From Candidatus Methylomirabilia bacterium (GTDB lineage: Bacteria; Methylomirabilota; Methylomirabilia; Rokubacteriales; CSP1-6): a DNA stretch of 64,000 nt. Each line of letters opens with the position of its first letter. Position 1 is the stretch's first letter. The position numbers and the translations under genes were made by a program. The stretch lies in NCBI GenBank assembly GCA_041496385.1, contig JBGQEL010000010.1, positions 1 through 64,000 of the forward strand. Reading direction: 5' to 3'. This document shows positions 23,837-33,959 of this stretch, in pieces. Under the pieces are notes generated by a model. The model did not search any database. It was not told the DNA's origin and saw nothing but the letters and a program-made list of their open reading frames with translations.

Positions 23837-24738
23837 ACCCTCAGCGCCGTCACGGCGGCGGCGCCGCGCTCGAGCAGCGTCTCGGCGAGCCGGCGACCGA
23901 TCCGCTCGGCGTCCTCCGGGGGACCGCCGTCCTCCGCGCGGAGCACCTGCTGCCCGTCCTCACTCGCGACGAGCGCCGTCACCCGGAGGCGCCCGCCCGC
24001 GAGGGTGGCGTGGGCCGCCATGGGCGAGTTGCAGGAGGCGCCGAGCCGCCCGAGGTAGGCCCGCTCGGCGACCGCGCAGACGCGTGTCGGCGCGTCGTCG
24101 ATCGCGTCGAGCAGCGCCCGCGCGCGGCGGTCCGTCTCCCGCGCCTCGACGGCGAGGATCCCCTGGCCCACCGCGGGGACGAAGATCTCCGGGTCGAGCG
24201 GCCGGACGTGGGCGGGAACGAGACCGAGCCGGACCAGCCCCGCGGCCGCGAGCACCACGGCGTCGAAGGCGCCCTCCGCCAGCTTCCGGAGCCGCGTGTC
24301 CACGTTGCCGCGGATCGGCTCCACCGCCAGGTCGGGCCGCAGCGCCAGCACGAGCGCCCGGCGGCGCGGGCTCGAGGTGCCCACGACCGCGCCGGCCGGC
24401 AGATCGTCGAGGCCGCCGGCCCGGCGCGTCACGAGCACGTCGCCCGGCGCCTCACGCGGCGGGAACGCCGCGAGCACGAGCCCCGCGGGCGTCGACGCCG
24501 GGAGATCTTTCAGGCTGTGCACGGCGCAGTCCAGGCGATCGGCGAGCAGCGCCTCCTCGATCTCCCGGACGAAGAGTCCCTTGCCGCCGAGCGCCGTCAG
24601 GCGGGCGTCCGCCAGCCGATCGCCCTCGGTCCGCATGCTCACGATCTCGACGACCTCGCCGCGCCCGCGGAGGCGCTCGGCGACCGCGGCCGCCTGGGCC
24701 AGCGCGAGCGCGCTCCCGCGGGTCCCCAGCCGGATCAC
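23833..24738 (-). CDS. hemC: hydroxymethylbilane synthase
   Basis: [44 protein letters not shown] 24738. Confidence 0.95.
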   Translation of the reverse strand: MIRLGTRGSALALAQAAAVAERLRGRGEVVEIVSMRTEGDRLADARLTALGGKGLFVREIEEALLADRLDCAVHSLKDLPASTPAGLVLAAFPPREAPGDVLVTRRAGGLDDLPAGAVVGTSSPRRRALVLALRPDLAVEPIRGNVDTRLRKLAEGAFDAVVLAAAGLVRLGLVPAHVRPLDPEIFVPAVGQGILAVEARETDRRARALLDAIDDAPTRVCAVAERAYLGRLGASCNSPMAAHATLAGGRLRVTALVASEDGQQVLRAEDGGPPEDAERIGRRLAETLLERGAAAVTALRV

Positions 24739-26006
24739 GACCCGCGCCTCAGGCCGAAGAGCTCGTGGACGAGCTCCAGCCACGACCGGTGGGCGCCGGC
24801 GCGCGAGGACTCGCGGAGCTTCGAGATCGGCGCGTGCAGGATCTTGTTGACGATGGCCGAGGAGAGGGCGTCGATCGCCTGGCGCGTCTCCATAGACGCA
24901 TCGGGGAGCCGCGCCAGCGTCTTCCGGACCTCGCCCGCGCGGATCTCCTCGAGCCGTTCGCGCAGCGACACGATCGTCGGAATCACCTCGACGTCGCGCA
25001 ACCGGAGGAGGAACTTCGCCGTCTCGCGCTCGACGAGCCCCTCGGCCCGCTGCGCCTCGCGCAGGCGCTCGCGGATGTTCGCATCCACGACCTGCTTGAG
25101 GTCGTCGATGTCGTAGCGGTAGACGTCCCCCAGGCCGTCCACACCCTCCTCGACGTCGCGCGGGACCGCGATGTCGATGAAGAAGAGCGGCCGCGCGCGC
25201 CGGCCGTGCGTCACGCGCTGGACGGCCGCGCGCGTGATCACGGGTTCGGGCGCCCCGGTGGACGTGATGACGATGTCCACGCCGCCGAGCGCGGTCTCGA
25301 GCTCGTCCCACGGCACCGCGGTGCCGGACAGGGCGCGCGCCATCTCCTGCGCACGGGCCCAGGTGCGGTTGACGACGTAGACGGGGAACGCGCCCTGCTC
25401 GACGAGGTGGCGCGCCGCGAGCTCGCCCATCTTGCCCGCGCCGACCAGCAGCACGGCCTTGCCCGCGAGCCCGGCGAAGATCTTCTTCGCGAGCTCGACG
25501 GCGGCGAACGACACCGACACCGCGTGCCGGGCGATCTCGGTCTCGGTGCGCACCTTCTTCGCGACGGCGAAGGCCTGGGTGAACAGCGTGTGGAGGCTCG
25601 GGCCGATCGTCTCGCAGGCCTGCGCGAGGGCGAACGCATCCTTCACCTGCCCCAGGATCTGCGGCTCGCCGATCATCATCGAGTCGAGGCTCGCCGTGAC
25701 GCGGAAGGCATGGCGGATGGCCTCCGTCTCGACGTGCGTGTAGAGCAGCGGCTCGACGAGGCCCAGGCTCACGCCGCGGTGCTGGCAGAGGTGGCGGAAC
25801 GCCGCGGTCCGCGCCTCGCCCGGGACCGGCGCGACGCCGTACACCTCGACGCGGTTGCACGTGGAGAGGATGAGCGCCTCGCCGACGGCGCCGGTGGCGG
25901 CGACGTCGCGCAGGAGCTCGCGCAGCTTGTCCTCGTCCACCGCGAGCCGCTCGCGCAGCTCGATCGGCGCGTTCTTGTGCGAGAGGCCCGCGACGAAGAG
26001 CGGCAT
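24735..26006 (-). CDS. hemA: glutamyl-tRNA reductase
   Basis: GLSHKNAP, LSTCNRVE, GEPQILGQVK, GAGKMG, DIAVPRD; ATG 26006. Confidence 0.96.
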   Translation of the reverse strand: MPLFVAGLSHKNAPIELRERLAVDEDKLRELLRDVAATGAVGEALILSTCNRVEVYGVAPVPGEARTAAFRHLCQHRGVSLGLVEPLLYTHVETEAIRHAFRVTASLDSMMIGEPQILGQVKDAFALAQACETIGPSLHTLFTQAFAVAKKVRTETEIARHAVSVSFAAVELAKKIFAGLAGKAVLLVGAGKMGELAARHLVEQGAFPVYVVNRTWARAQEMARALSGTAVPWDELETALGGVDIVITSTGAPEPVITRAAVQRVTHGRRARPLFFIDIAVPRDVEEGVDGLGDVYRYDIDDLKQVVDANIRERLREAQRAEGLVERETAKFLLRLRDVEVIPTIVSLRERLEEIRAGEVRKTLARLPDASMETRQAIDALSSAIVNKILHAPISKLRESSRAGAHRSWLELVHELFGLRRGS

Positions 26007-26812
26007 CAGCCGCCGTGCCTCCCCGGGAGGAACAGCCCGGCCCCCAGCGTGAGCAGGAGCGCGGCGAACCCGGCGATCGCGCAGTAGGCGGCCCGGCGCC
26101 CACGCCAGCCCGCGGCCGCGCGGCCCGCGAGGGTCGCCGCGTAAATCGCCCAGGCGACGAACGAGAGCACCGCGAGCGGGTCGAAGGTGAAGACGCTTCC
26201 CCAGGCGCGACCGGCCCAGAGGAGGCCGAGCAGGATGCCCGTCGTCAGGAACGGGAAGCCCAGCGCGAGCGTGCGGTAGGTCAGCCGGTCGAGCGTTTCG
26301 AGCGCCGGCAACCGGTAGTACAGGTTGCCCGGGCGCTTGGCGCGGACCTGGCGCTCCTGCAGGAGATACATCACGGCGCCGGCGAAGTTGAGGACGAACG
26401 CCGCGATGCCGACGAGCGCCAGGCCGATGTGCACCCAGAGCCACGCGCCCGAGAGCGCGGGCTCGAGGCCGGGCAGCACGCGCGAGCTCGCCGACTTCAC
26501 GCTGAACATGAGGACGACGGGCAGCACGAAGGCGCCGAGCACCTTGACGCCGTACTGCCGCTCGGCCCAGAGCGCCAGCAGCACGATCACCCAGACCGCG
26601 ACGGACACGGCTTCCGGCAGGGTCCCGAGCGGGGGACGGCCGAGCTCGAGGCCGCGCGCCAGTAGCGCGATCGTGTGCAGGACCCAGCCCGCGACGGTAG
26701 CGAGCGAGGCGACGCGGTGGATCCACTCCTCGCGCTGGACGAGGTACGCGAGCGACAGACCCGTCGCCACGACGTACGCGATGATCGCGAGGTTCAAGAG
26801 AGTCGGGTGCAT
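26006..26812 (-). CDS. ccsA: cytochrome c assembly family membrane protein (CcsA/HemX-like)
   Basis: About 8 TM helices with conserved His, LPALETLD, GLLWA..W.....DP; upstream of hemA. Confidence 0.8.
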   Translation of the reverse strand: MHPTLLNLAIIAYVVATGLSLAYLVQREEWIHRVASLATVAGWVLHTIALLARGLELGRPPLGTLPEAVSVAVWVIVLLALWAERQYGVKVLGAFVLPVVLMFSVKSASSRVLPGLEPALSGAWLWVHIGLALVGIAAFVLNFAGAVMYLLQERQVRAKRPGNLYYRLPALETLDRLTYRTLALGFPFLTTGILLGLLWAGRAWGSVFTFDPLAVLSFVAWAIYAATLAGRAAAGWRGRRAAYCAIAGFAALLLTLGAGLFLPGRHGG

Positions 26813-26839
26813 GGCGAAGAAAAAGTTAAGTTCAGCGAG

Positions 26840-26848
26840 AGTTTACCA
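26840..26848 (-). promoter_or_regulatory. extended -10 promoter of the heme operon
   Basis: TGgTAAACT in an AT-rich intergenic stretch upstream of ccsA. Confidence 0.5.
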
Positions 26849-26884
26849 CATTCCCGATGAGGATTACCCCGGCCGACGCCGGGC

Positions 26885-27739
26885 TCAGGCGAGCATGAGG
26901 AGCGTCGGAAGAGGACGCCAGTAGCCCGCGCGTCGCGCGATCAGGTCGAGGTGTGGAGAGCCCCAGTCCTCGACGAGCGCTGACTGGGCGTTCCAGCGCA
27001 CCCGCCGGTCGAGCTCCTTGAGGTAGCCCTGACACTCCCGGCACGCGTGGATCACGTAGCCCTGGTCGCGTTCCTCGGCCTCGAGCCGGACGAGGTCCTG
27101 GCTCCGCTCGTTGCCGCAGAACGGGCAGCGGACGCGCTCGAAAGTCCAGCCGCCGCCGCAGAGGTGGCAGGCCAGACGCCGATGACCGGTCTCGAGCACG
27201 TCCGAGAAGCCCGCCGGCCCTCCGCAGAACGGGCACACGCCGAGTTTCCACACGTGCTCGTCGAGGTGCGCCCGGCAGCCGGCGAAGTAGTGCTCCAGGG
27301 GTGGCCGCAGGCATCCGGAGGCGAGGAACGCGACGATCTCCGCCGGCAGGCCCGAAGCCTCCTCGATCGCCGTCGAGCCCATACGGCCGCGCGCGGGGAA
27401 GAGCCCCGCGGGCACGATGACACCGCGGTCCCACGCCTCGGCGAACTCCCGGAGCTGTCGGGCCGCGGTCTCCCTGACCTCGGCGACGCGCTCCATCACG
27501 ACGGCCAGCAGGTCTTCGAGCTCGTCGGCTGGAATCGAGGGCGGCGCCTCGGCGAGCAGGGGGACACCGCGTTCCCACCGCCGGCGGCACTCGTCAGGGC
27601 CCCAGGACAGGGGCGTCAGATGCGCGGGGGACCACTGTCCCCACGCGTCGAGGATGTCCTCGTAGACGGCGAGGGCGCCCCGGAATTCGGGGCGCCGGGA
27701 CAGGAGGTCCGCCCACTCCTCCTTGAGACTCGCGATCAG
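26885..27739 (-). CDS. fdhE: formate dehydrogenase accessory protein FdhE (probable CTG start)
   Basis: Four CxxC motifs (CPFC, CHLC, CPFC, CREC); frame open with coding-like content up to CTG 27739, which overlaps the upstream TGA. Confidence 0.85.
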   Translation of the reverse strand: MIASLKEEWADLLSRRPEFRGALAVYEDILDAWGQWSPAHLTPLSWGPDECRRRWERGVPLLAEAPPSIPADELEDLLAVVMERVAEVRETAARQLREFAEAWDRGVIVPAGLFPARGRMGSTAIEEASGLPAEIVAFLASGCLRPPLEHYFAGCRAHLDEHVWKLGVCPFCGGPAGFSDVLETGHRRLACHLCGGGWTFERVRCPFCGNERSQDLVRLEAEERDQGYVIHACRECQGYLKELDRRVRWNAQSALVEDWGSPHLDLIARRAGYWRPLPTLLMLA

Positions 27740-28560
27740 GACTGGATGGACATCAGCACCACGTAACGGAGCACGAAGCCGCCCGCGAGCACGAGGACCG
27801 CGGACAGCGCCGCCAGGGTCTTGACGCGGTGACCGACGAAGTCGAGCAACAACGGAACGACCAGGCCGACACCGACCAGGCCGCCCCAGAAGAGCGGGGC
27901 AAAGTGACCGCTCGTGAGCGGCTGCGCGGCCGAGCCGAGGAGTCCGAGAAAGATCGCGAGCACGACCAGCTCGAAGATCATCGAGTAGCGGTCGGCCTTC
28001 TTCACCTTGCCCCAGCCCTCACCCGCCGAGGCCCCGGTGAGGAACATGATGAGCGAGATCGCGGCCATGCCCGTCGAGGCTCCCGACGCGAGGAAGAGCG
28101 CGCCCATGAGACGCGCCTCGCTCCAGAACGGCTGGGCGCTGCTCGAGAGCAGGACGCCCGTGTAACTCGCGAGGAAGAAGCCGAAGAAGATGCCGACGAG
28201 TCCTAGTTTCCGCCGCAGCGCGGCCGCCGTCTCCGACGCCGAGAAGCTCAGCACCGACGAGGCGAACGAGAAGGCCCCGAAGACGCCGACAGCCCAGGCG
28301 CCGATGGACATCGGGTCCCAGAACTTGAAGACCCTGAGCATGTTGAGGAAGCGCGTGGGCACCCCGAGGTCGGCGATCAGCAATATGCCGCAGGCCATGA
28401 CGAGCGGCAGTGACAGCAGGTAGCCGACCTTGGCGACGGCGCGGTCGCGCGGGCCGCCGAAGTTGTCCGCGATCGCCGCCGTGAAGTACGCCCCCCCGGC
28501 GATGCCGCCCAGAAAGAAGTACCAGACGATCATCATCTCCCAGCCGGGTGTCTTAAGCAC
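27736..28560 (-). CDS. nrfD: NrfD/PsrC-family membrane anchor of formate dehydrogenase
   Basis: WYFFLGGIAGG, LIADLG.P.RF, PMSIGAW, YTGVLL, LRYVVL. Confidence 0.85.
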   Translation of the reverse strand: MLKTPGWEMMIVWYFFLGGIAGGAYFTAAIADNFGGPRDRAVAKVGYLLSLPLVMACGILLIADLGVPTRFLNMLRVFKFWDPMSIGAWAVGVFGAFSFASSVLSFSASETAAALRRKLGLVGIFFGFFLASYTGVLLSSSAQPFWSEARLMGALFLASGASTGMAAISLIMFLTGASAGEGWGKVKKADRYSMIFELVVLAIFLGLLGSAAQPLTSGHFAPLFWGGLVGVGLVVPLLLDFVGHRVKTLAALSAVLVLAGGFVLRYVVLMSIQS

Positions 28561-29332
28561 CGTCGTCGCCCCCCTTGCCCCGATCGCGGAACGCGAGGAG
28601 CGCCCCCAGCCCGACGATCAGCGCCGAGCCGATCGACAGGAGCGAGTCGACCACGACGTTGCGCTGCGGGAGCTTCGGATTCTCAGGCAGGTTGTAGGTC
28701 GACGGCTTGGAGAGCAGCAGGAAGAAGGCGTTCAGCCCGCCGAGGAAGCCCTTGGTGTCGGCGCCGTAGAGCTGCGCCTCCTTGAATCCCATGGCCTTCA
28801 GCTTCTCGACGCGCTTCTGCGCCTTCGCCACCAGGTCGTCGCGGAAGCCGAACTGGATCGACTCGGTCGGGCACGCCTTGGCGCAGGCCGGCCCGAGCCC
28901 GTTGTGGATGCGGTCGTTGCAGAAGGTGCACTTCTTCGCGGTGCCGGTGGCCTCGTTGAACGCGACGACGCCGAACGGACAGGAGGAGACGCAGTAACGA
29001 CAGCCGTTGCAGACGTCCTGGTTGATGTTGACCGTGCCGAATTCGGTCCGGTAGATGGCGCCGGTCGGGCACGCCTCGAGACAGCCCGCGTCCGCGCAGT
29101 GCTTGCAGACGTCGGACATCAGCAGCCACGCCATGTCCCCGGTCGGCTTCGGCTCCTCGATGAAGCGCACGAGCCGGAAGGTCTGATCCGTGAAGTGCGC
29201 GTGGTTCTGATAGGTACCGGTCCACTCCGGCACCTCCATGCCGAGCTCGTTCCACTGCTTGCACGCCACCTGGCACGCGCGACAGCCGATGCAGAGGGAG
29301 GTGTCCGTGAACATCGCCAGCGTGCGGGCCAT
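28553..29332 (-). CDS. fdnH: formate dehydrogenase iron-sulfur (beta) subunit
   Basis: CIGCRACQVACKQWN, CKHC...C..ACP, CNGCRYCVSSCPF, KCTFC..CAKACP; C-terminal TM helix. Confidence 0.9.
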   Translation of the reverse strand: MARTLAMFTDTSLCIGCRACQVACKQWNELGMEVPEWTGTYQNHAHFTDQTFRLVRFIEEPKPTGDMAWLLMSDVCKHCADAGCLEACPTGAIYRTEFGTVNINQDVCNGCRYCVSSCPFGVVAFNEATGTAKKCTFCNDRIHNGLGPACAKACPTESIQFGFRDDLVAKAQKRVEKLKAMGFKEAQLYGADTKGFLGGLNAFFLLLSKPSTYNLPENPKLPQRNVVVDSLLSIGSALIVGLGALLAFRDRGKGGDDGA

Positions 29333-29334
29333 GG

Positions 29335-32300
29335 CTACACCACCCCCTTCTTCACGCTACAGACGAAGGCTTTCGTCTCTTGGATGTAGACGTTGGGGTC
29401 ACCCACCGTGGCCGAGAGATCGTTGGTGATGTCGCCCTTGCTGCCAGGCAACCCCTCGATGCCCTTGTAGCCCCAGTGCCATGGCACGCCGATCTGGTGG
29501 ATCTTCTTGCCGTCGATGGTGAACGGCTTGAGCCGGTTCGTCACCATCGCCTTGACGTGGATCTTGCCCCGCGGCGTCGCGACCGTGACCATGTCGCCGT
29601 TCTGGAGACCGAGCTCGCCGGCCAGCTCGTGGCTGATCTCGGCGAAGTGCGACTCGAACAGCTCGGCCAGCATGGGCAGGTAGCGCGACATGACCCCGGA
29701 GAGGTGGTGCTCGGTGAGCCGGTAGGTCGTGATGACGTACGGATAGTCGGGCGAGCCCACCGGCGCGAGGTCGTTCTTCTGATCCGGCACCTGCCAGATC
29801 TTGGCCACCGGGTTGTTCTGTCGCTTCGACAGCAGATTCTTCACCGGCGACTCGATCGGCTCGTAGTGCTCGGGGAACGGCCCGTCGTTGAGGGGTCCGA
29901 AGAAGCCGCCGACGAGGTCGGTCCGCATGATGAACGGCTTGTCGCCGTTCTTGGCGTCGGGCGCCAGGAAGGCGTTGAAGTCCGGGACGTCGAGCCCCAC
30001 CCACTTCCCTTTCTTGTCGGGCTCGTTGCCCGGTGCCTCCGGATCCCACCAGATGAGCTTCTTCCTTTCGCTCCAGGGCTTGCCCTGGAGGTCCGCCGAG
30101 GCACGGTTGTAGAGGATGCGCCGATTGGCCGGCCACGCGAAGCCCCAGCCGTGGCCGAGGTAGTCCTTGTCATCGGCCGGCTTGCGCGCGTTCGCGCGGT
30201 TCACGAGCTTGCCATCCGGCCCCTCGACCGTCACGCCGGTGTAGATCCAGCAGCCGCCGGCGGTCTTGCCGTCGTCGGTCATGTGCGCGAAGGTGTTGAG
30301 CGGCTGGTCTTTCTTGTAGACGACCTTGCCGTCCTTGTCTTTGATCTCCTCGGTCGCGAAGCCGTTGACCTCCTTCAGCACGAGCTGCATGTCGGGTTCT
30401 TTCGGGTTGTCGCCGTACTTGAAGCCGGCGGCGAGGAAGCCCTTGTCCCGCTCCTTCTTCGAGCCCGCGTAGAGCTTCTGGAGCCGCTGGGCCAGGCTGC
30501 AGAAGAACTCGGCGTCGGACGTCACGTCGCCGGGCGGCGTCACGGCCTTCTCGTGCCACTGGATCAGCCGCATCGTGTTCGTCAGCGATCCGTCCTTCTC
30601 CGCGGCCGGCGCCGCCGGCAGGAAGAAGATCTCGGTCTTGACGTCCTTTGGATTGACACCCGGGGCCTTCCAGATTTCGGCCGTCTCCGTGATGAAGATG
30701 TCCTTCACCACGAGCCAGTCGAGCCGCTGCATCGCGGCGCGGGCGAGCTTCGCGTTCGGGCCGCCGACCGCCGGGTTTTGCCCGTCGGCCAGGAAGCCCT
30801 TGATGACGCCGTTGTACATGTCCACGAACATGTGCTGGTGGCTGTAGGCGTCGGCCAAGGCGCGCTTCGGCAGCCACTGATAGCCGAACTCGTTGTCCTT
30901 GGTGGCGGCGTCGCCGTAGAAGGCCTTCAGCAGGCTCACGAAGAACTTCGGCTTGTTCGTCCAGAAGCCGCCCTTGGGCGTCTCCTTCTCGAGATACGTC
31001 TTGAGGTCCGGATGGGCGTCACGCAGCGGCTGGGCCATGTACCCCGGCAGCTCGTGGTAGAGCAGCTCGAGGTCCGTGGCGCCCTGCACGTTGGCGTGGC
31101 CGCGGAGCGCGACGACGCCGCCGCCCGGGCGGCCGACGTTGCCGAGCAGGAGCTGGAGCATGCAGAGGGCGCGGATATTCTCCACGCCGTTCGTGTGCTG
31201 CGTGAGGTTGAGGGCGTAAGTGATCGACCCGGTCTTCTCCGGACCGGAGTTGCTGCAGTAGAGCTGCGCGACCTCCTCGAACTTGGCCTTCGGGATGCCG
31301 CAGATACGCTCCACCATCTCGGGCGTGTAGCGGCTGTACTGGCGGCGCAGGAGCTGGAAGACGCTGTTCGGGTCCCGCAGCGTCAGGTCACGCTTGGGAT
31401 TCCCCTCGCCGTCGAGCTGATACTTCCAGGACCCCTTGTCGTAGGTCCGCTTGGCCTCGTCGAATCCGGTGAAGAGCCCACCCAGGTCGGTGGCGGTCTG
31501 GAATGCCGGGTCGATCAGGAACGAGGCGTTCGTGTAGGGGACGACATAGTCCCTGAAGTAGAGATTCTTCTGGATCGCGTAGTTGATGAGCCCGCCGAAG
31601 AACGCGATGTTCGTCCCGGAGCGGATCGGGACGTGGATGTCGGCGGCGGCGCTCGTGCGCGTGAACCGCGGATCGACGTGGATGAACTTGGCGCCGCGCT
31701 CCTTGGCCTTCATCACCCACTGGAAGCCGACGGGGTGGTTCTCGGCCATGTTGGACGTGGCCATGATCACATCCGAGTGCTGCATGTCGATGAGGTTCGT
31801 CGTCATCGCCCCGCGACCGAACGTGGTCCCCAAAGCTGGGACCGTGGCGGAGTGTCAGACTCGGGCCTGGTGCTCGTGGTAGACGATGCCGAGCGTCCGG
31901 TTCAGCTTCGACAGGAGGTAACACTCCTCGTTGTCGATGCACGCCGAGCCGAGCGAGGCGATCGCCTCCAGGCGGTTCACGGTGACCAGGTTGCCGTCCT
32001 TGTCCTTCTCCTTCTCGATGAAGTACTTCTCGCGCGCGTCGTAGTAGCGCTTGGCCACCTGCTCGTACATCCACTCCAGCGGCTTCTCTTCCCACGCGTC
32101 CGAGCCCGGCGCCCGGTAGAGAGCCTTCGTCGGCCGGAGCGGGTTGTTGGAGAGCTGGATCGTCGCGGCACCCTTCGGGCAGAGGCGTCCTTGCGTGTGC
32201 GGCGTGTCGGGATCGCCCTCGATGTCGATGATCCGATCGCCCTTGGCGTAGATGAGCTGTCCGCAGCCGACCGCGCAGTACGGACAGACACCGTGGAACG

Positions 32301-32433
32301 CTTTGGCCTCTTTGATCTTGAGCGAGGTGGCCGCGGCTTCCACCGGGGCGAGATCGACTCCCCTGCCGGTGACCGCGACGCCCGCCGCCGTCGCGCTTCC
32401 GAACTTTAGGAAATCACGTCGCGAAAGAGCCAT
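29335..32433 (-). CDS. fdnG: formate dehydrogenase alpha subunit, selenocysteine-containing (1032 aa)
   Basis: Tat SRRDFLK, CPYCAVGC; two same-frame ORFs joined by TGA 31855-31857 in HQARV-U-HSAT; LRGHANVQG; RBS GGAGG. Confidence 0.93.
31825..31843 (-). promoter_or_regulatory. bacterial SECIS element
   Basis: GGUCCCAGCUUUGGGGACC hairpin starting 11 nt after the in-frame UGA. Confidence 0.75.
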
Positions 32434-32469
32434 GGACAACCTCCTCGCGGAGACTGGGAGTCGTCGGAT

Positions 32470-32742
32470 CTACCACTCGGGGCTCGTCAGCTCGTTCCAG
32501 GCGTGCCGCAGCACGACGATCCGCCGCGGTCCTGTCTGGTTGCCTTCGAGTCGAACGATGTCGCCGGGGCTCAGCGCGCCGAGGTCTGCGCTCGTCCCTT
32601 CATCGGAGACGACGAGCGTCGCGTCCGAGCAGGCCAGATCTGTGCACGTTTCCGACTCGCCCCTGACGCGCACATGCCCGGTAGACTTGTCGACGGAGAC
32701 GACCATCATTCGGGACTGCTGGAGGGATTCGGTGAAGCTCAT
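32470..32742 (-). CDS. small hypothetical protein (possible OB-fold), first gene of fdh operon
   Basis: GAGGAGG RBS, downstream of a consensus promoter, 36 nt before fdnG. Confidence 0.65.
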   Translation of the reverse strand: MSFTESLQQSRMMVVSVDKSTGHVRVRGESETCTDLACSDATLVVSDEGTSADLGALSPGDIVRLEGNQTGPRRIVVLRHAWNELTSPEW

Positions 32743-32783
32743 CGCCCTTTCCTCCTCGTCGAGGCTGGCGCTAACTTGCCGGA

Positions 32784-32812
32784 ATGGTAGTGTCGTCAGA
32801 CCACGCTGTCAA
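32784..32812 (-). promoter_or_regulatory. fdh operon sigma70 promoter with FadR/GntR-type operator
   Basis: TTGACA-17 nt-TACCAT; spacer contains TGGTCTGACGA. Confidence 0.7.
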
Positions 32813-32856
32813 GGAACAACGCGTGTAAAGTCGCGCCTGAGCGGGCGACGCGGAGC

Positions 32857-33150
32857 CTACTCGTTGCTCTCGGGCGGAGCGTACAGCGTCAGCCGCTCGT
32901 TGAGGAGGCGCCGGGCCTCTTCGAGCTCTCCGCCCTGTAGCAACTCCAGGATCCTTCGACGGGTTCCGAGGTCGACGATCGGCGCATCGACGAGTGGATT
33001 GTAGAAGCGACCCAGCTCCAGAAGTATCCGATCTACCCTAACGATATCGGTAATATGAGCCTCGGCCTCTCGAAACAACTCGATGGCATGATCATCCCGC
33101 TTCCTGAACCTCAGGCCCCGTCGGTGCCGGCGCTCCTCGGCTTCTTCCAC
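32857..33150 (-). CDS. hypothetical protein
   Basis: 97-aa helical-looking ORF filling the gap downstream of fdhD; lower GC than neighbours. Confidence 0.55.
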   Translation of the reverse strand: MEEAEERRHRRGLRFRKRDDHAIELFREAEAHITDIVRVDRILLELGRFYNPLVDAPIVDLGTRRRILELLQGGELEEARRLLNERLTLYAPPESNE

Positions 33151-33164
33151 GATGAGTCCCGGCG

Positions 33165-33938
33165 TCAGACCTTCGGCGCCGCCGCTGTCTGGGTCAGACG
33201 CAGGCCGTCGCCGGCGTAGAGATTGAGGCTGTCGGGCCCGACGTACCCGCAGACCGTGAGGTTGAGCTGTTCGGCCAGGGCCACGGCCATCTCGGTGGGC
33301 GAGGTGCGTGAGGCCACCACCGGCACCCCCATGCGGGCCGCCTTCAGGAGCATCTCGGAGGAGATCCGGCCGGTCGAGAGCAGGATGCGGTCCTCCGTCG
33401 GGATCCCGCGCAGCAGCGCCTCGCCCTTCACCTTGTCCACCGCGTTGTGACGACCCACGTCCTCGGCGACGACGAGCAGCCGCTCGCCGTCGCTCAGCGC
33501 GGCCCCGTGGATGCCCCGCGACTCACGGTAGTGGACGGCCGCCGCGAACAGTTCCTTCATCCGCGCCGAGACCGTCTCGGGATCGACGCGGAGAGACGAC
33601 GAGAGGCGCGGGAAGAGCCGGTGGTCGATGCGAAACGTGATCCCGCCGCCGCAGCCCGAGGTCAGGATGCGCTCGGTCGGAAGCGTGACGGGATGCGTGA
33701 GCGTCACGTCGGCGCGGCCGTCGACCGGGGACACGTCGACCCGCGCGATCTCGTCGAGGCCGCCGATCACCTTCTCCATCCAGAGGTAACCGACGACGAG
33801 CGCCTCGAGCTTCAGGGGTGAGCAGAGCAGCGTGAGGAACTTCTCGCCGTTGACGTACACGGTCAGCGGCTGCTCGCGGACGACCTCGCCGACGACCTCG
33901 TCGGTGCGACCGTGGCGGATCCGGAGATACGTGCGCAT
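33165..33938 (-). CDS. fdhD: formate dehydrogenase sulfurtransferase FdhD
   Basis: EQPLTVYVNG, TSGCG, GIHGAAL, EDVGRHNAVDK, STGRISSEM. Confidence 0.94.
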   Translation of the reverse strand: MRTYLRIRHGRTDEVVGEVVREQPLTVYVNGEKFLTLLCSPLKLEALVVGYLWMEKVIGGLDEIARVDVSPVDGRADVTLTHPVTLPTERILTSGCGGGITFRIDHRLFPRLSSSLRVDPETVSARMKELFAAAVHYRESRGIHGAALSDGERLLVVAEDVGRHNAVDKVKGEALLRGIPTEDRILLSTGRISSEMLLKAARMGVPVVASRTSPTEMAVALAEQLNLTVCGYVGPDSLNLYAGDGLRLTQTAAAPKV

Positions 33939-33959
33939 CGGGCGGGCTCGTCGGCGATT

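Noticed and set aside
11547..26726. Apparent large fusion proteins in the ORF track (actF, actC, hemL, Rrf2, hemB, hemC, hemA with long N-termini)
   Set aside because: Extensions are Arg/Gly/Ala-rich off-frame reads of upstream genes; true starts lie at stop/start overlaps
31855..31857. fdnG as a nonsense-disrupted pseudogene
   Set aside because: TGA lies exactly at the catalytic Sec position with a downstream SECIS-like hairpin, and the accessory genes are intact
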